DNA from: Callorhinchus milii
Taxonomy: Eukaryota
NCBI RefSeq assembly: GCF_018977255.1
Contig: NW_024704743.1
Span: 8,000,001 to 8,064,000, forward strand
Reading direction: 5' to 3'
DNA: 64,000 bases
How positions within the stretch are numbered: the first letter of the stretch is position 1; each line of letters opens with the position of its first letter. Below the pieces are notes generated by a model. That model had not been told where the DNA came from, searched no databases, and saw only the letters and a program-made list of their open reading frames with translations. Below are positions 27,898 to 40,253 of this stretch, one piece after another. Position numbers and translations under genes: made by a program.

Positions 27898-28137
27898 TTA
27901 GATTAGAAAAGGGAAACGTTATAATTCACAAACCCGTTTGGTGCTGATATGAATCGGAGGAGTACTAGCAGACAAGTGAAAAAATGCTCCGTTCTCTAAG
28001 CAGAATAGGCAGAGCCGTGTCACTCCTGTTTTGTCCTTAGGCAAAGATTGGGCTGATCTCATATATGTTGCTGTCATTTTATTCTTTACTCTCTGTGGGA
28101 TTATAAAAACACTGAATGTTCTATCTGCAACCAAGGT

Positions 28138-28473
28138 TATAATAATAATAATAATAATAATAATCCTTGCATTTGATATAGCGCTTTTCACGTCGGGAGG
28201 ACGTCCCAAAGCGCTTCACAGAACACACTGTAAAGTGAATTGACTGTATATTTGAGGGCGAACGCGGCAGCCAATTGCGCACAGCAATGTCCCACAAACA
28301 GTCATGGATTGAAAATTACCAATTTATTATTATTGTTTTTGGTTTTTGGAGGGATTATTATTAGGTGTGTGGAGTAAGGAAACTTGCCCAAGGTTTCGCC
28401 CTCTGCCTGGAATTGAACTCAGGTCTCTCGCTTGCAAAGCGAGGGCTCTAACCACTGAGCTACAGGACTCCAC
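28138..28473 (-). mobile_element. tRNA-derived SINE, young short subfamily
   Basis: Reverse complement of the 56148-56470 element. Confidence 0.95.
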
Positions 28474-28779
28474 AGGTTGAGGTAGAATCTAGATAAACTC
28501 TTAAAGTGAAATTAGATAAATATTTGAAAAGAAGAAATATATAAGGGTCTGAGGAAAAGGCATGAAAATAGAACTAAATGAATACTTCTTTCAGAGAGCC
28601 AGAACAGGCACGATAGGCCAAACGGCCTCCAAAGGCTGTAATATTTCTGTAGTTCTAAGGTTTCTCACAAGGTTGTGGGTTCAAGTCCATCAGGACTTTG
28701 ATTTAGTCCAGGCTGACATCCATTACAGTGCTGGGGTGTACTGCATGGTTGGAAGTGCAGTCTTTTGGATGAGACATAA

Positions 28780-29133
28780 ATAATCCTTAATACTTGCATT
28801 TGATTATAGCACCTTAACATGTATTCAAAATGTCTTAAAGTGCTTCACAGAATACACTGTAAAGGAAGCAGACTGCATATTTGGGGGAGAAATGTCGCAG
28901 CCAATTGAGTGACTATATTATTATTATTATTTATTTGCTTATTTTTGGAGGGATTATTACCCCCAGGAAAGCGATCCGCCAATCGATTAACAACCGGGTC
29001 CTACTTATTACTAGCTGAACAGAGGCGTGCGGAGTAAGGAAACCTGCCTGACGTTTCACCCTGCTGGGGAATCGAACCCAGGTCCTCTCGCTTGCGAGGC
29101 AAGTGGTCTAACCACTGAGCTATAGGACTCCAC
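28780..29133 (-). mobile_element. tRNA-derived SINE, long subfamily
   Basis: Reverse-complement full copy ending ...gagctataggactccac. Confidence 0.9.
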
Positions 29134-29139
29134 AGTATA

Positions 29140-29450
29140 AGAAATATATACAGTATTTCTTCTTTCCACATACTTATCTAATTTCATTTAAAAGCCAATC
29201 TAGATTCTACGTTGGTTCCACGTGAGGCAGTCCATGTCCTAATAATCACCCCTGTGTAAAAATATTTCTCCTAACTTCTCCCTTTGCTCTTTTGGTAACT
29301 ACCTTAAATTTATGCCCTCCGGTTACTATTCAGCGACCAATGGAAATAATCCCTTTGTTTACTTTATCAAAACAAATCCGGTTTTAAAAACCTCTTTCAA
29401 GTTTCCTGGGCCAGTTTCTCCAATCTTTCCTCATAGATAAAACTTCTCAC
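29140..29450 (-). mobile_element. CR1 3' fragment
   Basis: Minus strand reads RGHKFKV...VRRNIFTQG-like CR1 terminus. Confidence 0.6.
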
Positions 29451-31539
29451 TGAGGAACTTACATGTATATATAGCACCCGCCAAGCAGGAAAGCGTCTCA
29501 GAGCACTGAAATCTCCAAGCAAACTTTGTGAAGATTTTCCTCTTCGCCTATGCCTGCAATCACCTCCCTTTCTCCCCGGCTTGGCATCAAACTACACTAT
29601 TGTTAAGTGTTCCAAGACGATACCCTGCGTGAAGGGCGCTATATAAATGCAAGCACTTGTTGTTGGGCGCAACTCTGCACCTTTTCTATGGCCTTAATAT
29701 GGTCATTATTTCTTAAAGTGTACGGCGTCCAAAACTGGACACAATACCCCAACTGCAGAAAATGTATAATTTATACAATTTTTCCAGTGTCAACAATCCG
29801 CTAGACAAAATTGCTCATTTTACTTCATTGCTGTTTATGGGAAATTGTTGTGTGCAAATTTGCTGCAGTGTTTGTCTGCAAATACACAGTCACTGCCTTT
29901 CACAGCAAATCCTGTGAAGCGCTTTATGTCTCAACGATGTACTAAAGTGCCGTATCAAATGCAAAGATTTATTAATTATTATTAAGTTCTTGGGGTGAAA
30001 AAAAGAATTCATAATATAATAACTTGCATTTGATATTTTGATCTCCCTGCTTCTCCCCTGCCCTCCCCCCTCCCCCACCCCGACCCTCAGCTCAGGTCCG
30101 TAATTCTGTCTGTCCAGCCCCTTGGGACTTCCTCCCTACGTGAAAGGTGCTAAACAAATGTAATTTTGTTGTCTTGTTGTTGTGTCTTTCCTAGAACAAC
30201 TGGGAACTTCAACTAAGAGTCAACTTAGCTGAATCAGAGCAGTATCTCACAGGCTTATCGTCCACATTAACTATGAATCAAGGATGGGAAAAAGTTCTTC
30301 AGATCTTTTCAAAGATCTATGAAAACAAATATTATGCCCAATGTTATGAAACCTACAGTGAAATAAAGTTGAGGACAAATTCTCAACTATCTCATTGTTA
30401 AGGCAGTTGCACAAAGTTTAGATACGGATTTAATGCATTGAACCTGAGGGATTTATCAAATCCAATTATTTGCTTATTTGAATAACTATTTTAAGTGATA
30501 AAAGCAATTCACTTTCAACTTTATGGATTTGCAAATGTTTTTGCCGATTGACTGGATACAAAACCTAACCTGACTCACAATTCTTTTATATTAAAAATAA
30601 ATGCGAATAAATCCCTTCCAATCCCTCACGGTCACTGTCCAATGTACAGCTTTATGCACTCTTGTTCATGTTCTTTTATAGAGAATCCATAGACGGTATA
30701 TTGGTAAAGTTATAATCCAGCCCATTTTGGCACTGGTACCAAGCAGTCAAGCATTATAATGATCTGTTCTCTAAGCATCTATTTTAATTATATTTAGTTA
30801 TTAGTGTAAATGGTATTTGAATATATTAGTCAGTGTAATATTACTGTAACCATAATCACACTTGACCAGACCATTCGCTCATGTTTTCTGGCCTATCTGC
30901 CCCATCACTGGGGGGCAGGCTTTTAAACTTTCTGCCCCATTCTCTGGAACTCGATCCCTCCCTCATCTCGTTCAAGGTCCATTTCAAGACCTACCTCTTT
31001 GACTTTGTGCTTTCCCCCCAGGCTACCATCCCTAGCTCGGCTGCCCAAGCAGTATCATTAAATGCCTTATAAATGTAAATTTGTATTGTGTGGTAATAAT
31101 ATTTTTGGTTTCAGCAATGGTGTGTGACAAATTATTTATAAAATTTGTCATCCCATGAACAGTTATATCTCAAGAATCAAAGGTTAAAAAATTGCAGTAA
31201 TGGACTTTGAGGAGATTGCACCTTTTGGTTTCAATGTTTACAATTATCATATCATCTTTGCATATTTGTCTTTATAAAAGCCAGTATACATGCTATTCTA
31301 AGTGTTCCTTATGCTCCCCCACAGAGTCTGCGCCAAAACAAGTTACACTCAGTTTGAAGTTATGCTGCTGTGGTTTCATATGAACATACACTTTCAAGAA
31401 AAGATACTTGATTTTAAGATTACTTCCCTTAAGATTAAACACTGTGGTATTTTACATTTGTCTTTATAAAAGCCAGGTTAAAACTTGCCTTATTGCCACT
31501 TTGCCAACCCAGCCTCATCCTTCTTTTACTATAGGCCCC

Positions 31540-31835
31540 TAACACAAGATTATCTTGGATGAAGAAAACCCATTTGGTTTCATACCACCCTACTGTCCTC
31601 CCATCACAACATCGGGCTGTTTTTGTTAACTCCTCTATATATCTTGGCCTCAACAATCCTTCCCGATAATCTGTTCCAGTTGTTAGTTACCCTTTGGTTG
31701 AAGAAAAACTTCCCGGTACCTATCCTGAAATTGTCCGTTGCAACCCTAAACCTTGTTGCATCCAAAAGCATTGTTGCAAGTTCAATTTCCCAAACCCACG
31801 TAAAATTTGATATACCTCTATAAGGTCCCCTCCGA
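31540..31835 (-). mobile_element. CR1 3' fragment
   Basis: GDLIEVYQIL and KFFFNQRVTNNWNRLSGRIVEA on the minus strand. Confidence 0.8.
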
Positions 31836-32521
31836 GAGATCTGCGTGACACTCCAGTGCAGTTTTGGAGCAGTTCTGTATTGTCGGAGGTGCCGTCCTTC
31901 AGATGAGACATTAATCCGCTGCCTGTTCAGGTGGACATTAAAGATCCAATGGCACAATTACAAAAAGAAAAAAAAACCTTCAAATATCCTTACTAACAAT
32001 CCCCCAAATAATAAAAAAAGTTACTCACTTAGTAATAATAATAACCCTTGCATTTGATACAATGCTTATCAAAGTATTGAGACATCTCAAAGTGTTTCCA
32101 CAGGATATACTGCAAAGTGAATTGACTGTGTATTTTGCAGGCCAGTTGTGCACAGCAATGTCTCAAAAACAACCGTGGAGTTTGTGACTAATTTTAATTG
32201 GGAGATGGTTCAGGGCTAATTGAGGGTCGTTGCTGTGTGCAAATTGGCTGCCACATTCGACTACAAATAGTCACTACACTTTACAGTAAAATCCTGTGAA
32301 GTGCTTTGAGATTTGACAATGGCATAATAAAGTGCTACATCAAATGCAAGAATTATTATTATCATTCATCCTGCTCTCCTTTGCACTGTCTCCGGGTCTA
32401 TGTAGTCCCCTTATGTTGCAGAAAGCAAAACTGTATGCAATACGTTAGATGCAGACTGGCCAGGGCACTTACACTTGCATCTGAACTCAACTGGTCTGAT
32501 AATACTGTAACTTGTTTGCCC

Positions 32522-32546
32522 NNNNNNNNNNNNNNNNNNNNNNNNN
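32522..32546. other. Assembly gap (N run)
   Basis: 25 Ns. Confidence 0.99.
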
Positions 32547-33105
32547 TTCAGTGTTTAGAGAGTTTATCCAAAATGTAAGGTCATTTACTGCATCATTTAT
32601 AGTGGGAATTCTAATGTAAAATGGCTCCCACACTTGCATATTATTCTTATCTATTTTGGGTTAAATAATTGAAACCAACTTACGTTAAGAGCTGTTTGAA
32701 TAAATATATTTGTGTCAGAGTAACCCAAACATAGACTCCACATCAGTGATACCAGTATTATATCAATTGAAAAATTATCCAGCAATGCCCAGTATAAATA
32801 GATCCCTGTCTAACATTAATATGAATTGATTCCTCCAGGTAGGTGTCCAGCGAAAACATACCACCAGAGTTAACTACCTTTATCCTTCTGCAATTGTATA
32901 TTTGGATTTCAATGGCCCTAAGTTTGTCGCAGTGCTAAACCACAGTAAAATGTTACTATACTCCCAGGCATGGCATAACATGTAACAGATCTTGCTGTAA
33001 TCACGCTATAATCTACAGATTATGCTGAGGACGTCCTCCCGACGTGAAAAGCCCTATATCAAATGCAAGGATTATTATATATATTATTATATTGTTTGAA
33101 TCTGA

Positions 33106-36100
33106 CAGTCTGGGCCATAGAAAAGTGCGGAAATGTTTGCCAAAAATTGCGGGGCGTTTGCAAATCCTGCAGAAAATTGCGGAGGGTTCATTGGTGCTAT
33201 TGAAAGGCGCATTAAAACTATAGGCATATATTTCCTGAACACGTAGTTGTGTTTAAAATACTAAAAATGTTAACCAAGAATTGGTTGCAAGAGCTCAGTT
33301 TAGTTCAGTCGCCAGGCGAAGCCGATTTCCCGCTCACGCCACTTCCGTAATCCCAACACTCCCCGCATTCGCACCGCGCATTTGTAATCGGAGCCGCTCT
33401 CCCCACATTAGCAACGTCGAGCAAACAGCAGGAGAGGTCCAGGGCCTATCACACTGTGTGTACAGGTGTGTAGCGGGGCCTGGCACACTGTGTGTACAGG
33501 TGTGTAGCGGGGCCTGGCACACTGTGTACAGGTGTGTAGCGGGGCCTGGCACACTGTGTACAGGTGTGTAGCGGGGCCTGGCACACTATGTACAGGTGTG
33601 TAGCGGGGCCTGGCACACTGTGTACAGGTGTGTAGCGGGGCCTGGCACACTGTGTACAGGTGTGTAGCGGGGCCTGGCACACTGTGTACAGGTGTGTAGC
33701 GGGGCTTGGCACACTGTGTACAGGTGTGTAGCGGGGCCTGGCACACTGTGTACAGGTGTGTAGCGGGGCTTGGCACACTGTGTGTACAGGTGTGTAGCGG
33801 GGCCTGGCACACTGTGTACAGGTGTGTAGCGGGGCCTGGCACACTGTGTGTACAGGTGTGTAGCGGGGCCTGGCACACTGTGTACAGGTGTGTAGCGGGG
33901 CCTGGCACACTGTGTACAGGTGTGTAGCGGGGCTTGGCACACTGTGTGTACAGGTGTGTAGCGGGGCCTGGCACACTGTGTACAGGTGTGTAGCGGGGCC
34001 TGGCACACTGTGTACAGGTGTGTAGCGGGGCCTGGCACACTGTGTACAGGTGTGTAGCGGGGCCTGGCACACTGTGTACAGGTGTGTAGCGGGGCCTGGC
34101 ACACTGTGTGTACAGGTGTGTAGCGGGGCCTGGCACACTGTGTACAGGTGTGTAGCGGGGCCTGGCACACTGTGTGTACAGGTGTGTAGCGGGGCCTGGC
34201 ACACTGTGTACAGGTGTGTAGCGGGGCCTGGCACACTGTGTACAGGTGTGTAGCGGGGCCTGGCACACTGTGTGTACAGGTGTGTAGCGGGGCCTGGCAC
34301 ACTGTGTACAGGTGTGTAGCGGGGCCTGGCACACTGTGTGTACAGGTGTGTAGCGGGGCCTGGCACACTGTGTGTACAGGTGTGTAGCGGGGCCTGGCAC
34401 ACTGTGTACAGGTGTGTAGCGGGGCCTGGCACACTGTGTACAGGTGTGTAGCGGGGCTGGCACACTGTGTGTACAGGTGTGTAGCGGGGCTGGCACACTG
34501 TGTACAGGTGTGTAGCGGGGCCTGGCACACTGTGTACAGGTGTGTAGCGGGGCCTGGCACACTGTGTGTACAGGTGTGTAGCGGGGCCTGGCACACTGTG
34601 TACAGGTGTGTAGCGGGGCCTGGCACACTGGTGTACAGGTGTGTGTAGCGGGGCCTGGCACACTGTGTACAGGTGTGTAGCGGGGCCTGGCACACTGTGT
34701 GTACAGGTGTGTAGCGGGGCCTGGCACACTGTGTACAGGTGTGTAGCGGGGCCTGGCACACTGTGTACAGGTGTGTAGCGGGGCCTGGCACACTGTGTGT
34801 ACAGGTGTGTAGCGGGGCCTGGCACACTGTGTACAGGTGTGTAGCGGGGCTTGGCACACTGTGTACAGGTGTGTAGCGGGGCTTGGCACACTGTGTGTAC
34901 AGGTGTGTAGCGGGGCCTGGCACACTGTGTGTACAGGTGTGTAGCGGGGCCTGGCACACTGTGTACAGGTGTGTAGCGGGGCCTGGCACACTGTGTACAG
35001 GTGTGTAGCGGGGCCTGGCACACTGTGTACAGGTGTGTAGCGGGGCTTGGCACACTGTGTACAGGTGTGTAGCGGGGCCTGGCACACTGTACAGGTGTGT
35101 AGCGGGGCCTGGCACACTGTGTACAGGTGTGTAGCGGGGCCTGGCACACTGTACAGGTGTGTAGCGGGGCTTGGCACACTGTACAGGTGTGTAGCGGGGC
35201 CTGGCACACTGTGTGTACAGGTGTGTAGCGGGGCCTGGCACACTGTGTACAGGTGTGTAGCGGGGCCTGGCACACTGTGTACAGGTGTGTAGCGGGGCCT
35301 GGCACACTGGTGTACAGGTGTGTAGCGGGGCCTGGCACACTGTGTTACAGGTGTGTAGCGGGGCCTGGCACACTGTGTACAGGTGTGTAGCGGGGCTTGG
35401 CACACTGTGTACAGGTGTGTAGCGGGGCCTGGCACACTGTGTACAGGTGTGTAGCGGGGCCTGGCACACTGTGTACAGGTGTGTAGCGGGGCTGGCACAC
35501 TGTGTACAGGTGTGTAGCGGGGCCTGGCACACTGTGTACAGGTGTGTAGCGGGGCGTGGCACACTGTGTGTACAGGTGTGTAGCGGGGCTTGGCACACTG
35601 TACAGGTGTGTAGCGGGGCTTGGCACACTGTGTACAGGTGTGTAGCGGGGCTTGGCACACTGTACAGGTGTGTAGCGGGCCTGGCACACTGTGTACAGGT
35701 GTGTAGCGGGGTTTGGCACACTGTACAGGTGTGTAGCGGGGCTTGGCACACTGTGTACAGGTGTGTAGCGGGGCTTGGCACACTGTACAGGTGTGTAGCG
35801 GGGCCTGGCACACTGTACAGGTGTGTAGCGGGGCCTGGCACACTGTACTGGTGTGTAGCGGGGCTTGGCACACTGTACAGGTGTGTAGCGGGGCCTGGCA
35901 CACTGTGTGTACAGGTGTGTAGCGGGGCGTGGCACACTGTGTACAGGTGTGTAGCGGGGCTTGGCACACTGTGTACAGGTGTGTAGCGGGGCCTGGCACA
36001 CTGTACAGGTGTGTAGCGGGGCCTGGTACACTGTACAGGTTTATAGCGGAGAAAGGCGTTTGTGGAAGATTCCTCAGAAAAAGTGCATCCGCATGTTTCT

Positions 36101-36113
36101 GTTGACCCAGCTG
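33106..36113 (-). mobile_element. Non-autonomous copy of the same CGGBP1-like hAT family, carrying an expanded minisatellite
   Basis: Ends cagtctgggccatagaaaagtgcgg and ccgcatgtttctgttgacccagctg match the TIRs of the 17.8-kb element. Internal motifs (ctgtttgctcgacg, gagcgggaaatc, gtgctattga) are shared in inverted orientation. No coding remnant. Confidence 0.75.
33450..36049. repeat. Minisatellite, 32-bp unit TGTGTACAGGTGTGTAGCGGGGCCTGGCACAC (30/34-bp variants by TG slippage), about 80 copies
   Basis: Directly visible tandem array; explains the repetitive long ORFs in the track. Confidence 0.98.
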
Positions 36114-38359
36114 ATGACTGTTAACACAAAGTATTAAGCCAAAGTGATACTAACTCAGCTGGAGTTTGGATCATCAGAGTTTGCTTGTTTGGTAGTGCTC
36201 CAATTTACTTTAGCTGTATTATGCCTTTACTTCTTTCAATCAGCAAAGAGTTGTACAAATTGAAACAAAGGATAATGGAAGCTGGGAAGATTAGTATTAT
36301 TTTTCTGTCCTCATTTATTACATGTTCTTAAAGTTAAGCTGCAGTATTGTAATTGTCATGACTCTAAAATCTGATCTATTTGATCAAAATATGATGTAAA
36401 AGTTAAACTCACAACTTTCAAGATTGCGTGGCTGGTTGGCCAGCAAAAGATTTTGTGCAGTGAATTGCCATGTAAGTTGCACACCCAAGTTGGCTGGGAT
36501 GTCCTTCCGACCTGAAAGGTGCTCTATAAATGTAATTTTGTTGTTTTGTTGTTGGCAGGTCACAATACCACAAAATAATCATGCCTAAAAAACAATATAC
36601 AATCTAACTTATCTATAGCAACTTTCATTGCGATAACAATATGTTCAGCAGGGAATTTGTTACCTATACCTTACAGCAAAAAATGCAGTCCTCGTTACCC
36701 AGTCATATGATTGGTAAAGTGCATAAGTATATGTGAAAAAATCACATTCAAACAGGGTTACGATGGTCAAATTAATAAATAAGAAACATCTGCAGGTACA
36801 TTTTTGTCCTTCCCCCTGCTCCCATTAGAATAGAATATTAGAAGATTCACCTTTCAGTTACTTTTAGGAGAGATCTCCTGGAGCACGTCTGAGTGGCAGT
36901 GGCAGAGGCCTGAGAGCAACAACTTGCATTTATACTGCGCCCTTCATGCCGGAGACAGTATCTTGGAGCTCAGAGAGCAGAGTGTCTGGCTCTCTTGGCT
37001 CAGAAAGATCAGGATACTGGGAAGAAAATTAGAGGAATTTGATATCCTCAGAAAAGTTTCATAAAAACAAAATTGGAGCATAATATAATTTTGAAAAAGT
37101 ACATGCTTTGCAATTCATTGCATGGTCCCAACTGTTTATATAATATACACCTGCACAGACTATTTTTATTTCCTTCCTGCTTTGGCGCCAAGCCCATATA
37201 TTAGATGGGTATCATTACACCACCCTACATAAGTATAACTAACAAAATTGTAACCAGGTTTGTTGGACCATAGGCCTTTAAACTTGCTATGTATGTATTT
37301 CACTTTGCCAAAAGTCAACTTTCATATTTGTGGTATGGCTGTTTATAAGTACACAGCCATCCCAAGGATCTGGTGAGGTATAATCCATAGTTCAAAATTC
37401 AGTACAAAAAAGATTGCATTGAATCGGGAGTAAAATAAGGTGAAATAAGGCAAGGTGTCCCATTACATGTTACTCAATACTAAGCATCGCTAACATCACT
37501 GACATATTACAGAGATCCACCATCTCCATTTATCAATTACAGCAAAATCATTCATTCCTCTAGCCCTGGTGTATCATTGGTGAATTCAATTACAACCTCT
37601 AGACTTTTTCGGAAGCAAATGCACAGTCCTACATTCTTCTCCACTGAGACTAATGATCCCATACAAAATGCACACTAACAGCAATGAATATCCTTAAAAC
37701 GCTCAAAAAATGGTTCCCTACCTGACCATCACTTGGTCTGCATTCTGTCAACCTTTCATATCTACGCTGAACAAATACCAAAGATTTGGTTGTATCATTG
37801 CGTAATTCAAATAGTCTAAAATAGAAAGTTGTGATTTCAGATTGCAATTCCTTCTCTCAGTCAAAAAATCAAATACAACAACTATGTAGCCTTGCCTTAA
37901 GAAGATTATATTTAATGCTGCAGATACCATAATCCATCCAAGCAACTGAACTTGACATTTGCTCACAACCTCAGAATGAATGCCAAGCCTCAAACATTAG
38001 GCTCAAAACACTTTTTAAAAACAGTTTGATAAACAGAGATGATCAGCAAATCAAAAGGTGAGAGAAACGTTACCTCCACATAGTTCCTAATCTAAAAAGT
38101 CATAATTCTCCCAGTGCTAAAAGTCTGATCTTAGGTGCAATTATAATGACCCTTCTGAAAAGTTGCACATCATATGAGCAGGTGAGATTGCCTGCCAAGC
38201 ATATTTTCTGAAAGTTGGGTGAAAATGATGTATTTTTTTTAAAAAGCATTGAAATTATAGCAGTCAAATTAGCCGCAGGCACCAAGATACACGTTTCTTT
38301 GAATAACTTAAGGGTCAGATCTAGATCAGTTTTTGCATTAAACCAGACAAACAGGATGT

Positions 38360-38700
38360 TCTTTGTCTTGAGAGAAGTTGTCTCAAAGGGACCTTATAAA
38401 TTAGATACTTTTTACTTTGATAATGTAAACCCAGAAAAATATGTTAGGAAGCACCAAGACAGTCAGAACAAGAGGACATTGGTTTACAGGACAGACACAA
38501 GGAAGGTTTTCTTTTCCCAGAGAGTAATTAACAGTTGAAACAGGTTGTCAGAAAGGGTGGTTGAGGCCAGGACACTAAAACTTATTTTAAAAAAACAGCT
38601 TGATGCTGTGATGTGAAGTCGGTGATAGTAAGGTGAGTATACTGGGTTGAGTTCAGATTGGCCAAAGGACCTTTTCATTCCAAACTAATCTTGTGAAAAG
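38360..38700 (+). mobile_element. CR1 3' fragment
   Basis: RTDTRKVFFSQRVINS*NRL..VVEA. Confidence 0.75.
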
Positions 38701-40253
38701 AATTAATATCTGCTGAAAATATCATTTAACAAAGTGTATAGTCCTTTTACATGAATTTTAACCCAACCATGACCAGATCCACAAAAATATTCAAGGTTTC
38801 TGTTTGTATTTTCAATTCCAAAGGGACTGTAGGTATTGTAATCAGTTTTCCCACTGTGGACGATGTGGTGGGATGAGATCAAGTGGATCGATGAGCCTTC
38901 TTCATCCGAACTGATCTTGTGATTTGTATAAAAATTCCTGAATACAATAGAGAATGAGAAATTGGGAATATCTCATCCCAAAAAATAATTTATCATAAAA
39001 ATAATCCTTGCATTTGATAAAGTGGCTTTCACGTCTGGAGGATGTCTCAAAGCTCTTCACAGGATATACTGAAAGGATAATACTGTATATTTTAGTAGGC
39101 GAACATGGCAGCCAATTTGCGCACAACAATGTCCCACAAACAGCTATGAATTGAATAACAAATTTTATTTGGGCGATTATTGTTCGGACACTGCAAGAAA
39201 CTCCCTTCTCTTTTTGAACAGTACATGGGATCTTTAATGTCCACCCAAACGGGTAGATAATAATAATCCTTACATTTGATAAAGGGCCTTATCATGTCTT
39301 CCGAGACGTCTCAAAGTGCTTCACAGAATATACTGTAAAGTGAATTGACTATTTTGTGGGCAAATCGCACAGCCAATTGCGCACAGCAGTGTCCCACAAA
39401 CAATTGTGTGAGTGACCAATTTTTTTTAAATTAAGGAATTATTTGGGAGCTTAATTTAACATTTCATTCGAAGGATGGTGCCTCCAACCATTCAGCACAC
39501 CTTCAGCACTACATTGGAACGTCAGCCAAGATTATATGAGTTCAAAGTCCTGATGTGGGATGTGAACCCACAACTTTCTGACTCAGAGGCGAGAGTGTTA
39601 CCATTACTCATATGGGCTTTTGCATCCTATTCACACTGAGAAACTAACGCTTTGCGATATATGCCTTCATTACAACCAGACTCAATTATGCCAATGCCCT
39701 CCTTGTCAGCCTTCCATCAGAGAATCAAAAAAATTATTATATGAATTTACATCTTTTTATTGGAACATCTACATAGGAATGCCTTAGAAAAGGTTGTAGT
39801 TCAGTTATCTTCATCAGCCATTTTGTGCATGTCAACAAAAGTGGCTGTATTCTGTTTGATGATGCGATCAACATCTACAGAGTATTTAATACCTGTCTGA
39901 AAGTCAACAAGTGGCCAAATATCAATTTGCAGATTTGACAAAGTTAGACAATGAGCAGAAAATGACTTTGCTGAGAAGTCCATCTTAATAACCCAGTCAA
40001 GGCTGTGATGCTCCCACTTTTTACATAGAATTAAATAAAGATAAATAGGTATGATGGGTCAAATGACATCCTTGTTTGCTGTACAATTCTAATGATTCCA
40101 TACTCATAAATACTGAATATTCTCTTAGAAAAAAACTAGGAACAGGATATTCTATCCATCAAGCTACTCGACCAATTGCATTAGACATGGTGAATCTTTC
40201 AATCCTATTTCCCTGCCTTTTCCCCATGCCTTTTCCCCATATCTCTTAACACC

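Noticed and set aside
33408..36031. Long ORFs of 863, 793 and 629 aa; superficially CRISPR-like periodicity
   Set aside because: Products of a stop-poor tandem repeat; no unique spacers, no cas genes, vertebrate context
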